A stretch of DNA of 64,000 nucleotides, taken from a virus. Shown here in pieces: positions 1 through 9,732 of the stretch. The notes below the pieces were generated by a model. It made no database searches. It was not told the origin of the DNA and worked only from the letters and a program-made list of their open reading frames with translations. The translations under genes were made by a program, and so were the position numbers. Each line of letters opens with the position of its first letter. Within the stretch, counting starts at the first letter, position 1. The DNA is taken from IMG/VR virus record IMGVR_UViG_3300024054_000269, positions 64,001 to 128,000 of that record. One strand, 5' to 3'.

Positions 1-1
1 G

Positions 2-1111
2 CGACCAGAAGATTGGATGACAGGAGCGTCATTTAAAGCTAATTTTTCTGGAAAGGATTCGCTTGACGGCATAAATTACACTGGCCAAGAAACTTATTCC
101 TCAAATCTGAAAGCCTCAAAAACTACAACAGTCTTTGTCGAAGCTGATTCATTGAGGAAATCATTAACTTTAGCCGAATTGAAACCATCAATTAATATGG
201 GCGCACTAAGTGAAGCGGTAGAAGATTGTGACTGTTGGTTAGGCAAAGCAGAATGGCTTTCGGTTTTGCCTAAAAGTGTTGTTGGTTCTATCCTAGGTAA
301 AGAAAACATTAACAATCAGCTTCTAAATCCAACAGGAACCGAAACTCAAATCGGACTTCAAACACCAAGCCCGCAAGGATTTTTCAAAAAATTGAATGAA
401 TTCTTACAAGACAAATTTGATCTCGAATACGGATATAATGTTTCCAGGGAAAAACAAAATACAACCGGTGGTGTAACTGTATTTGCACAACCTCAGTTAC
501 CAAGAACTGATAACATTTTGGGTGATCTGCAATCTTCGCTTTTCCAACGCGCTGCACTTGGTGACCCAGATGCACTAGAAGCAATGAAAGCAGATGTTAA
601 TTTTGCATTTGGAGAGACTGAGAAAGCATGGAAAGATTTCAATAAAGAACTTTCAGCTTCTGGAGCAAAAATCAAACAAGCTTCAGAAGATTTCAGAGAA
701 TCACTTAAAATGCCAACGCCAACTGCATCGGTAACAACTAAGAGCCCGAACGAACAGAAACTGGAAGAAGCTCAAAAGCAATTGAAGGATGTTAAAGACA
801 AGTTGAAAAAAGCACAAGAAATACTTCAACAACATCCTGATTCTGTGAATGCACAGGCGGATGTTAAGAAACTTCAAAAGGAAGAATCAAAATTGCAGGC
901 TAAGGTTGATTTCTTGAAAAAGAAAGTTGACGGAACATCAACTGGTGGTCAATATCAACCAGAAGCAAAAGTACCGCCTGGGATATTTGATGCTGTACGT
1001 TTGGCTGCAGCACTTGAGTCTGAGCGGCTTTCAAGTCAAGAAAATCCAATGCCGGCAAAGGCTTTTTCTGAGAATCCAGAAGAATTCGAAAGAAAACTGA
1101 CAGGTGGTTAA
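2..1111 (+). CDS. Probable tail/baseplate-module protein, C-terminal part (frame is open to the left edge of the window; first ATG at 17)
   Basis: Frame 2 has no stop from base 2 to TAA at 1109-1111. There is a coiled-coil-like stretch (EQKLEEAQKQLKDVKDKLKKAQE...). It lies immediately upstream of the spike gene. Function is inferred from position only. Confidence 0.5.
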   Translation, partial: RPEDWMTGASFKANFSGKDSLDGINYTGQETYSSNLKASKTTTVFVEADSLRKSLTLAELKPSINMGALSEAVEDCDCWLGKAEWLSVLPKSVVGSILGKENINNQLLNPTGTETQIGLQTPSPQGFFKKLNEFLQDKFDLEYGYNVSREKQNTTGGVTVFAQPQLPRTDNILGDLQSSLFQRAALGDPDALEAMKADVNFAFGETEKAWKDFNKELSASGAKIKQASEDFRESLKMPTPTASVTTKSPNEQKLEEAQKQLKDVKDKLKKAQEILQQHPDSVNAQADVKKLQKEESKLQAKVDFLKKKVDGTSTGGQYQPEAKVPPGIFDAVRLAAALESERLSSQENPMPAKAFSENPEEFERKLTGG

Positions 1112-1485
1112 TTTCTTAAAACCTGCAAAAATTTTTGATCACAAAGGCTTGGTTCGTAAACATATAATATAATATTTTCAACCATTCTGTTTACTGGCAT
1201 AACAGAAATCATGGTTTCTATTTTCTTTGTTTTTTGAGTTGTATCAAAACTATGTCTGATTGATTTGATTCTAAAATGAAGTGTTATTGTTTGATATTCA
1301 CCTTCTTCAACATAACAATCTTGTGAATTTAATCCTGAAATATACGAAATTAATTTTTGATTATCTGATGATATATCTATGAAAATACTTTGATTTTCTT
1401 TTATATAAGAATAATTATTCACAATCCATTTTGCCTTCTCAATAATCACTCCGTTAATAGCCGTAACTTGGATGAGAAGGTTCAT
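1108..1485 (-). CDS. Hypothetical protein (125 aa), lone antisense gene inside the tail module
   Basis: It fills the gap between two + strand genes exactly, overlapping the upstream stop by 4 nt. TACTGT lies 6 nt before its ATG. Confidence 0.6.
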   Translation of the reverse strand: MNLLIQVTAINGVIIEKAKWIVNNYSYIKENQSIFIDISSDNQKLISYISGLNSQDCYVEEGEYQTITLHFRIKSIRHSFDTTQKTKKIETMISVMPVNRMVENIILYVYEPSLCDQKFLQVLRN

Positions 1486-1519
1486 TTAAACACAGTACAC
1501 CACCGTATCGTAAACAAGC

Positions 1520-3739
1520 ATGGCACGAAATCCAATGGATATGGACCCAGAGGGTCCGGCTAATATACCACCAATTCCGTCGTCCGACCCAAATTTAGGG
1601 CACGGTGGCATATTAGACCAAAGTCTAAACAACAAATTATCAAAATCATATTTGTGGTCCGGAAGAATTACGCATGTTGATTATGAAACTATGGTTTGTT
1701 CAATTAGGTTCGACACCGGTCTTGGAGAATGGCATGATATACCATTGCCCGCTCCAGCCGGATCAAGTAACAGATCATGGTCAGGAATAGTTCCAGAACC
1801 TGGAACAAAAGTAATCATCGGGTGGACAAAGTATTCTAACAGAGGGTTTAAACCTCAAATAGTTCAATTTCTTACAACTGGCGTTTTCCCAGCTAGGGAG
1901 TTTGAAGTTTTTTCTTCCGCAGATCCGACCATGGCGAAGACAGCTCTGGATATATTACCAGAGTTGGAAGACGACCCAGGTTTGTTTTTGCGTCCTGTTA
2001 GACTAAAGTTAAGAAAGGTTTATCCTGGCGATTATTTAGCCACGTCATCTAGTGGTGCTGATTTTATACTTGACAAAGATGTTTATTTCACAAATCGATC
2101 CGGGAATGAATTCAGATTAAGAGATACTGACCAAACTGCTATATTACAAACAGTCAACACATTTGAATCAAATTCTGCTGGGTATTACAGGAGGGGTCTT
2201 ATAAGAAGAAATGCGTTTGAACTTTTACCAGATCTTGGATTTGATTCAGAAACTGATACGTTCGACAAAACCAAAAACCCTGATGCATTTAACAAATTAG
2301 TAAATTTTGGGATAATCAAAAGTGACGGAACACCTAATTTTCCGGAAGACGCTGATAACATATATCCATTCGATGTCATGCCAGATGGCATGAGAATGAG
2401 TTATATTCATCATGGTGAGACTGATGTTCAATTTTCCGGAAATGAAGCACCAGAAGACTGTTACGTAGAAGATAGAATTGAATTAAGACATACGCACACT
2501 GGAGTGATGGAGGTAACTGAAGAAGGCGACGGATTTCAGTTAGAAAGATTTGATCCGTACATTGAAGATGTTAGCGGAACTGTAGTTGGAAATGATCCAT
2601 TTTCTGAAGATGGCAGAACTCTATACAAAAGAATTCTGTCAATGCGTTTGTTCAATAATTTTGACGCAGAGTGGAACCCGGGCATAAAACCAAGATTTTA
2701 CGCTGTAGATCAATTAGTAAGAGGATCTGAAGATGCTGATACGTTAGCGTTGGCTCGTCTTTTCAAAATAAAATGTCCAAGAAATAATAATCAATTTGTG
2801 TTTGGTATAACTAAAGAAGGAAGAGCTTTTTTACATGTTCCATCAAGTACCGGCAACATACCTGATGAAAAAGGAAAATCAATAGATATTTTTACAGCCG
2901 GAAAAATAAGAGCCGCTATAGGTAAAGATCCATCGGATAGTAGAAGCTTAGACGTAGCTTTTTCTGGCGGAATTAGGCTTGACATCGGTAGAAGTACAAG
3001 TGGGCATTCAATAGAAGTCAAATATTCAGGTCCGATTAGGCAGATTTTCGCTGGTAATGATGACAACGGAATAGCATCGCAAACAACTATTGGTGGAAGC
3101 TCATACGAAGCAACAAGTGGTGATAAATTTGTAAGCGTAAGCGGTGGTAGTTCAGAGGTCATCGGTGGTGATAAAACGATCGAATCAGAGAGACTAACAG
3201 TAAACTCCGGGACTGGCGGTTTCGCTTTAAAAGCTGCTGGAAACGTAAGTGAGACGATTCTTGGTAAAAAAGATTATAAAATAGCACTTCTTCAGAACGA
3301 AGTTTATGCTTTAGGTCGCGTTGCACTCACTTTGGCTGGCGGCATATCAGACACATTATTAGCCGGTGCGTATGCAAGAACTGTTACAGCTGGAACTATA
3401 GTTGATACAGTAGCGGCTGGTAATTATTCACAATCTGTTGGTGCTGGCAACATGTCAGTAGCTGTTGGTGCTGGCAACATGTCAGTAGCTGTTGGTGCTG
3501 GCAATTTGTCTTTGGTTACAGCGGCTGGTGCCGCAACTTTGGCATCAACCACATCAACAATTGTTGCATCGACTGGCGTTACACAAATACTTGGCCCAGT
3601 TGTTAAAATAGGAACGGTGCCAGGACCATTCGGTATTGGCAATGCGGTTGCTGGAGTGCCTGGCCCACCAGTTGTTTTTACGTGCTATATCACAGGACTC
3701 CCAGCACGTGGGATTTCAACTATTTTCTTAGGGCCATAA
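1520..3739 (+). CDS. Baseplate central spike, gp5/gpV/VgrG-like (739 aa)
   Basis: The N-terminal segment resembles an OB-fold (WSGRITHVDYETMVCSIRF...GIVPEPGTKVIIGW). The C-terminal third is Gly/Ser/Thr/Val-rich beta-strand repeats (GAGNMSVAV x2.6) ending in CYITGLP. Gene order (spike, wedge, baseplate J) fits. Confidence 0.75.
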   Translation: MARNPMDMDPEGPANIPPIPSSDPNLGHGGILDQSLNNKLSKSYLWSGRITHVDYETMVCSIRFDTGLGEWHDIPLPAPAGSSNRSWSGIVPEPGTKVIIGWTKYSNRGFKPQIVQFLTTGVFPAREFEVFSSADPTMAKTALDILPELEDDPGLFLRPVRLKLRKVYPGDYLATSSSGADFILDKDVYFTNRSGNEFRLRDTDQTAILQTVNTFESNSAGYYRRGLIRRNAFELLPDLGFDSETDTFDKTKNPDAFNKLVNFGIIKSDGTPNFPEDADNIYPFDVMPDGMRMSYIHHGETDVQFSGNEAPEDCYVEDRIELRHTHTGVMEVTEEGDGFQLERFDPYIEDVSGTVVGNDPFSEDGRTLYKRILSMRLFNNFDAEWNPGIKPRFYAVDQLVRGSEDADTLALARLFKIKCPRNNNQFVFGITKEGRAFLHVPSSTGNIPDEKGKSIDIFTAGKIRAAIGKDPSDSRSLDVAFSGGIRLDIGRSTSGHSIEVKYSGPIRQIFAGNDDNGIASQTTIGGSSYEATSGDKFVSVSGGSSEVIGGDKTIESERLTVNSGTGGFALKAAGNVSETILGKKDYKIALLQNEVYALGRVALTLAGGISDTLLAGAYARTVTAGTIVDTVAAGNYSQSVGAGNMSVAVGAGNMSVAVGAGNLSLVTAAGAATLASTTSTIVASTGVTQILGPVVKIGTVPGPFGIGNAVAGVPGPPVVFTCYITGLPARGISTIFLGP
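3435..3504 (+). repeat. 27-bp tandem repeat (ctgttggtgctggcaacatgtcagtag x2.6) encoding 9-aa beta-helix rungs
   Basis: Read directly: two identical units plus a 16-nt partial unit. Confidence 0.95.
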
Positions 3740-4320
3740 TGGCAATTAATCAAATCACAGTTCTACCAATTGTTACCGGTGCTTTGACGTCCAATGGCAT
3801 AGTTGGAGTATCAATGCCCCAATTAGCATTAGCATTAACAAATGGGCTTGTTCAATATGTTTTGACTGGCATAACAATAACATCTCAGGATGTTGGAACA
3901 GTCGGGTCTGGTGTTGGCACTGGTTTTGGAATTTCTCTTGAAGTTCCAATTTTATTTCAAAATTTTCAAACAACTTTTACAGCTGCTGGCATAAATGGAA
4001 CGCATTCAAGATTAATTATTAACGCAATTTCAACAGCTTATTCATCAGTGTTTAGAATAGCAAATATGGTAACAACTAACGTCGGAGTTGCAGTTGGTAC
4101 TGGTGTTGTATCAGTAATACCAAATACAATAATATCAATTCCAACATATATTGGTAATTTTACTGCTTCACTTTTGCTTGGTATATCAGCACCTGCTTTG
4201 GCAACTGCTATCGCTAAAGGCTTGGATCAATCGTTGCCAACAGCTAAAGGTACTGTCATAATAGCTGGTCCACCTTCATCAACATCATCTACAGGAAATG
4301 GGTTGGGCAAAATTCTATGA
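3739..4320 (+). CDS. Small Gly/Ala/Thr-rich structural protein, candidate spike-tip protein (193 aa from ATG 3739)
   Basis: ATG overlaps the spike stop (TAATG), so the ORF-track start at 3682 is probably too early. It has three internal G-x2-G...LA-x-A[IL] repeats. Confidence 0.6.
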   Translation: MAINQITVLPIVTGALTSNGIVGVSMPQLALALTNGLVQYVLTGITITSQDVGTVGSGVGTGFGISLEVPILFQNFQTTFTAAGINGTHSRLIINAISTAYSSVFRIANMVTTNVGVAVGTGVVSVIPNTIISIPTYIGNFTASLLLGISAPALATAIAKGLDQSLPTAKGTVIIAGPPSSTSSTGNGLGKIL

Positions 4321-7300
4321 GCATAGATCTATCAAGAGTTCTTTTAGAAGGGATAAGAGTAAGCACTGGCAACAATGCTTTTACATTTCCTTCTAATGTA
4401 GTCATCTTATCTGATTCAACGTTCCAATCATCATATTTAGATAGAGTTGAATATTGTGTCATAGCTGACAGTTTGAATTTATCATCTTTATCACTTGAAA
4501 TTGCAGATCCAAATTTGATATTTAAATGGACTAAAAACGAGTCAACCGCCATAAGATTTGACTACGATAGTTTTTCTGGTAGGTGGATGCCTATGCCTGG
4601 TTCTTCACCAGAAGAATTAGGTATGATTAGTAACACAACGAGATTGATTGTTCAAATCCCAGATCTAAATTTGACAAATTCGCCATTTAGTATTTACATA
4701 GGCAATCCAGTAAGAATAATAACCTTTTCAGTCCAACTTGTTAACACTCCAACAAATTTTACAAGTTTAACAACTGGAAATGTGCAAATCGCACAAGACA
4801 CGGGTGAGTTAAATTTCGCACAAGTAGATGTGGATCAATTTGCCGGACAAATTGTTCTTAATACGAGACAAGGTTTTTTTGATAGGTCAAGAACGACTGG
4901 TAAGATTGGATCTTTACCTGAATCATCATCTGTATCATACAATTTATTTTTAAACCCAAGACCAGCATCTGGACAGCGACCAAGAGTTCGTATAAATTAT
5001 AGAGATCACCTAACTCCTATCGAAGTTCCAAATGAATCATCATTCAGTCCTCCTGCATCTGGAACTTTTCAGTGGTCAGCTGACACCGGAAAACTTGCAT
5101 TCTCTGCTAGTGATATTAATAGTTTTAAATCTGAGTTTGTTTATTACGATGGAGTTTTTAACGGTTCTTTTCAATTAGTTAGAACTTCGCTTGGCCTCCC
5201 AACTGTTGGTTATCCAAGTATAACATTTAATGTTCCGTTATTTGTTGGTCTAGAAACTACTGACAGATATCTGATATTTGCGGAAAAAACTGGTGAGCCA
5301 AGAGTTTATTTTAAAATTAGACTGCGTGATTCAACAACACAATCACTTAGCGCGCCACCATCCGGAACAGTTTTGGTAGACACGTCAAATGGTAATGTGT
5401 ATTTAAAATCGTCTAATGTTTCTAATTTTTCTTCTTATACATTCTATTATTTAGATACGATTGGAGTTGTTGAAAATGGTGTTGGCGTACAATTTTTCAG
5501 AAGCGGCGCAAATTCTGGTTCAACATCAAGTGTTGGCGATTTTACTATAAAATATCACGTTGACAATCAATTCATAGGAAACATTTCATCTGATCTCATA
5601 TTTTTACCAACTATTCCGATCAACAATTCAAACCTTAGTTTTACAGTTAAAAAGGGAACTCTAGGTGGGACCTTTATTGGGGATTTAAAAAATAACGTAG
5701 ATTCAACACAACAAGGATCTGGTTATTTACCAGATTTTGATAACAAGAAAATAAACATCAGCTTTAGAAGGACTTCTAATATTGAACTTGATAAAGAATC
5801 ATCTATCATAAAAATTGAACCAACTGTAAGCCAATTCGGGCTTGAAATAGAAATTGACGGTTCAGCTTCTGAACCGGGCGTTGATTTTGATTTTAACCCT
5901 GATGCTGGATTTTTAGAATTCACAAAATCAATCGGTGAAAACAATCCAGAAAATGTGTTAAATGTATCTGGGGCAACTTCTTCACCTAACATATTTATAG
6001 CCAACGATGCAGTTTTTCCGATCAATGAGACGATAGGAAGTTTTTTGTATATAAATTCTGGTTCCAACGCTGGTATTTATAAAATAGTTGCTTTTATTTC
6101 ATCTTATCAAGTTTTAGTTTCGCCAAATTTTCAAGTTTTTGGGTCAGATACGGCCGATTTTAGAAAAAATGCTGATGTAATAGCTGATAGATTTTTTACT
6201 GATTTGCTTACGCCATTGAAAAAATTCAAACTCGAAAGAGCAAATAGCATTAATGATATTTTTACGCAAATCGACAATTCGTTGTTTACTTTGTTGGCTA
6301 CGAATGGGCAGGTTAACCTAAAAAACAGGGCTAAACCTGGTGAAGTTTTCAAAGTTATGTATGTTTATTTACAGTCTGATGACGAAGGCGTTACGACAAC
6401 GCCACAAAACATAACGGAATTTGCTTCTTTTCCGATTCGACAGGAAATTGCGACAACAACTATTGGGTCGAATACTGTAACTTTCAACCAAAATAATAGA
6501 CAAATATCAGATACGCAAATCAACGTCTATGTCAATGGTGTAACATTAGACACAACTCAATTCGAACTTAAGAATAACAATGAAATTGAATTATCAGAAC
6601 CTATAACAAGTTCTGACACGACTGTTACCGTTACTTATTTTGTAGACGAAGCCGTTGGCGGTGAAACTTCGTTTACAGTCAAAAATTCGCCAATAGACAT
6701 AGACACACCAAGTTTGACAGCCGGATCTAATCAAATATTGTTAAATGGTAATCAAACAAACATTATCCAACCTGGTTCGCCGGTTTTATTTGATAACGAA
6801 ATATTATTAATAACATTAGATACAACATACGATTCAACTAGTGACATAACAACAATTACATTTACTACAAATGCTCCGTCTGACATCACCAATCCGATTA
6901 TTCAAATTGCAGAATCAATTTTTGGATATACTGAACAAGACGCATCGACATTTGATGTTATACCGTCCGGTTCTGGATCAATAACTGTCTCTGGTAACAA
7001 CTTATTTAGACCGAATACTGTTATTACAATCAATGAAGATCCGTATTTTGTTATAGGATCAAATTATGACTCAGAAGATAATAAAACAACAATATCATTA
7101 TCTTCTCAAGCAATTAAAAATTACATTTTTCCAACTATAATCAAAACAATTAGACCGATATTTTTATCTGGCAAAGAATTCCAAACGTCAAATGATGCAA
7201 AACTTGACCCTGAACCAATCGTTATTAGAATGGGACAAGGACAAAAAATATTAGTACCAAATGTTGATTATACAATATCAGATGGCGGGCTTATTTCTTT

Positions 7301-9566
7301 GGTTGAAGAAATAGGTTATGGTCAGTCACTTTATGCAATGTATGTAGCCAGGTCACCAAAACCTGTTGGTACAAGTTTAACCATAAATTACGCAAATTTG
7401 GCTGCACCTGGTAATATGACTGGCCAAAGGTTACTTGCAACTTATGATTTGTTAGCCCCAGACTCATTTTTTTACAGAGTAGAGACAGTAGAGACATTTA
7501 TACCAGAAGCTCAACAAGTATTGGAAGCTAGTGCTAGGTCAGGCGGAGTTTCTGGCCCTAATATTGGTGATTCAGTTTCTTTAGCTACAAAAGATCAAGG
7601 TTCACCAGGTCTTTATTATAATGAACAACATTTAGGAAATTTAGATTATGTGTTTATTCAACTTTTGAAGCTGTACAACGATTTGATAAATGCATACGAG
7701 GATATACTAAGTAACACAGATGGAAGAGTAGTTGGTGGACTGCATGGTAAATTTAGATTCGACGGTATAACGGATAACTCAGCAAGAACTGAATATGATG
7801 AAATTACTAATGATATAGACGACAAAATCGAAATTTATAGAAAATTCAAATTAACATCACTTACGCCGTTGACGTTTACTGAGACACCAATTTATAGATA
7901 CATGTGGCAAGATAACAGGTTTTCTAGAGTCTTCCCAAGATCTAAGGTTGTTACAGCTGGAATTGGTAACAATGTGAATGCATCTAATTTTGGTGAAACT
8001 ATCGGATCTTTAGAAATTGAAGATATTACTTCAACCGGAAAAATGTCAAGTTCAAATGCACGTTTATTTTTTAATAGAGTTGAAGCTGGAAACACCTTGG
8101 TTGTTTCGACACCAAACGGTGAATCAATAAACGGAGACGTTGAAAACGGAATACCAGCGTTTGTCTCTGGTAAAGAAATAGAAATAAGAAGATTTGATGG
8201 CACATTAGAATTGACGGCTGACATTACAAGCATAACTACTGTAAATAATGAAGTAAAAATCCAATTAAATAATTCAGTTAGTTTGCAGAGAGGCACGATA
8301 TTTAGAAGCACATCCGACTCAAATGATTCTAGTAATCATTTTTATACGGTTGGACGGGATTTAGATGTTGATTCTGATAATGGTCAAATAATAAACTCTA
8401 GATTTTCCGGCCCGTTGGCTTCTTTGCAAACTCAAGTTGTTGGGTCTGAGCTAATAGATGTTCGTGTCAATTTTAGAAGATCAGACACTGAACCGTTTAG
8501 GCCGCCGGTTCTTGACGGTTCCATATTTGGAGATGATGGAAGATACCCGGAGCCATTAGTCAAACGAGACAACGAATTAAGAGTTCTTAGCAGTGAAGCT
8601 GATTTCATAGATGGTAACATAACAAAAGGTTCTGTATCAGCTAGCGGTTTTGAAGTAACATTCATACCAGCTGTTCAATTTGCGGTTGGCTATAAAATTA
8701 AATGGTTATCTGGGCCAAATGTTGGTACAGAAAGAACCATAACAGCTGTCGTTGGCGCTACTGTGTGTAAGACTAATTCACCATCAGCATCATTAACAAC
8801 CAATGATGCTCTTGTGTTTGGTCCGACATCTGAAACGATTGATGGCATATTTGATATAGAAACTAAATTGTTGATATCTAATGTTGAAAGTCCGCCTGCT
8901 TTTGATTCACTAATAGGTGTAGTCAATTCTCAAATTTTGTCATCAGAATTAGCAATTAGTAATTTTGGTAAACAAATCATATCTAGTACCGGAACTGTGA
9001 CATCAGCAAACATTATTACAGACACTAGTGTTAATTTTGTCTCAGCAGAAGTAACAAATGGACATCTTTTGTTTGTTATATCAGGCTCAAATAGAGGTTT
9101 ATATCAGGTTTCTTCTGTTACCACGAATTCCATAACAATTAACACAACAGATCCATACTCAAGTTTTCCATCAACTGGATCAACTAGTTATTTGATATAT
9201 CTTCCACATCCATTTTTAACATCGGATCAATTTGGGTTCATTTCAAAATTTGAAAGGAATGCTTTGGATTTCTTGTCGTCTACTCAAGCATGGTCATCTT
9301 CGATGGCATTTGCTGGCAAACTTACTAGAAGATCATCAGTTTACGATAGGATAAGTTATTTGAATGATTTCATTGAACAGATAACCGATGTACTGCAAGA
9401 CGGTGGACAATTATACGAAACGAGATACACATGGATAAAACAGAGGACGGACAAAGAAATCGGGACACTGATGCAGAAGAATCAAGCAATAGTGGACAGA
9501 TTAAAGAATGTGAGGAGGTTAGCAGAAGACCAGAAGAAACTGCTCATCTCACAAAACTTGGCGTAG
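4317..9566 (+). CDS. Large virion/baseplate structural protein (1749 aa)
   Basis: Beta-rich, S/T/N-rich composition with repeated SG-x-N-x-G-x-Y/R-x-I motifs. ATGA coupling to the upstream gene and position within the baseplate cluster. Confidence 0.7.
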   Translation: MSIDLSRVLLEGIRVSTGNNAFTFPSNVVILSDSTFQSSYLDRVEYCVIADSLNLSSLSLEIADPNLIFKWTKNESTAIRFDYDSFSGRWMPMPGSSPEELGMISNTTRLIVQIPDLNLTNSPFSIYIGNPVRIITFSVQLVNTPTNFTSLTTGNVQIAQDTGELNFAQVDVDQFAGQIVLNTRQGFFDRSRTTGKIGSLPESSSVSYNLFLNPRPASGQRPRVRINYRDHLTPIEVPNESSFSPPASGTFQWSADTGKLAFSASDINSFKSEFVYYDGVFNGSFQLVRTSLGLPTVGYPSITFNVPLFVGLETTDRYLIFAEKTGEPRVYFKIRLRDSTTQSLSAPPSGTVLVDTSNGNVYLKSSNVSNFSSYTFYYLDTIGVVENGVGVQFFRSGANSGSTSSVGDFTIKYHVDNQFIGNISSDLIFLPTIPINNSNLSFTVKKGTLGGTFIGDLKNNVDSTQQGSGYLPDFDNKKINISFRRTSNIELDKESSIIKIEPTVSQFGLEIEIDGSASEPGVDFDFNPDAGFLEFTKSIGENNPENVLNVSGATSSPNIFIANDAVFPINETIGSFLYINSGSNAGIYKIVAFISSYQVLVSPNFQVFGSDTADFRKNADVIADRFFTDLLTPLKKFKLERANSINDIFTQIDNSLFTLLATNGQVNLKNRAKPGEVFKVMYVYLQSDDEGVTTTPQNITEFASFPIRQEIATTTIGSNTVTFNQNNRQISDTQINVYVNGVTLDTTQFELKNNNEIELSEPITSSDTTVTVTYFVDEAVGGETSFTVKNSPIDIDTPSLTAGSNQILLNGNQTNIIQPGSPVLFDNEILLITLDTTYDSTSDITTITFTTNAPSDITNPIIQIAESIFGYTEQDASTFDVIPSGSGSITVSGNNLFRPNTVITINEDPYFVIGSNYDSEDNKTTISLSSQAIKNYIFPTIIKTIRPIFLSGKEFQTSNDAKLDPEPIVIRMGQGQKILVPNVDYTISDGGLISLVEEIGYGQSLYAMYVARSPKPVGTSLTINYANLAAPGNMTGQRLLATYDLLAPDSFFYRVETVETFIPEAQQVLEASARSGGVSGPNIGDSVSLATKDQGSPGLYYNEQHLGNLDYVFIQLLKLYNDLINAYEDILSNTDGRVVGGLHGKFRFDGITDNSARTEYDEITNDIDDKIEIYRKFKLTSLTPLTFTETPIYRYMWQDNRFSRVFPRSKVVTAGIGNNVNASNFGETIGSLEIEDITSTGKMSSSNARLFFNRVEAGNTLVVSTPNGESINGDVENGIPAFVSGKEIEIRRFDGTLELTADITSITTVNNEVKIQLNNSVSLQRGTIFRSTSDSNDSSNHFYTVGRDLDVDSDNGQIINSRFSGPLASLQTQVVGSELIDVRVNFRRSDTEPFRPPVLDGSIFGDDGRYPEPLVKRDNELRVLSSEADFIDGNITKGSVSASGFEVTFIPAVQFAVGYKIKWLSGPNVGTERTITAVVGATVCKTNSPSASLTTNDALVFGPTSETIDGIFDIETKLLISNVESPPAFDSLIGVVNSQILSSELAISNFGKQIISSTGTVTSANIITDTSVNFVSAEVTNGHLLFVISGSNRGLYQVSSVTTNSITINTTDPYSSFPSTGSTSYLIYLPHPFLTSDQFGFISKFERNALDFLSSTQAWSSSMAFAGKLTRRSSVYDRISYLNDFIEQITDVLQDGGQLYETRYTWIKQRTDKEIGTLMQKNQAIVDRLKNVRRLAEDQKKLLISQNLA

Positions 9567-9622
9567 CCAGAGAAAATAAGACGCATTGGACGCATGGGCA
9601 TGATCTGTCACCTGGTCCGATT

Positions 9623-9727
9623 ATGAATAACCTTTTAAAATTAAAAGAAATACTAGAATTACAAATCAAAGAACAGAAAAAAGAATTAGAAAGACATCAA
9701 ACAGTTCTAAACCAATTTAAGAAATAA
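9623..9727 (+). CDS. Putative 34-aa coiled-coil peptide (MNNLLKLKEILELQIKEQKKELERHQTVLNQFKK)
   Basis: Non-overlapping 3' part of track ORF 9431-9727. It fills the gap between two large genes and has a heptad-like pattern. Confidence 0.35.
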   Translation: MNNLLKLKEILELQIKEQKKELERHQTVLNQFKK

Positions 9728-9732
9728 ATAAA

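Noticed and set aside
9431-9622. Long version of ORF 9431-9727, or a frameshift extension of the 1749-aa gene
   Set aside because: It overlaps the upstream gene by 136 nt and I found no clear slippery site. Only the 3' 34 codons look protein-like.
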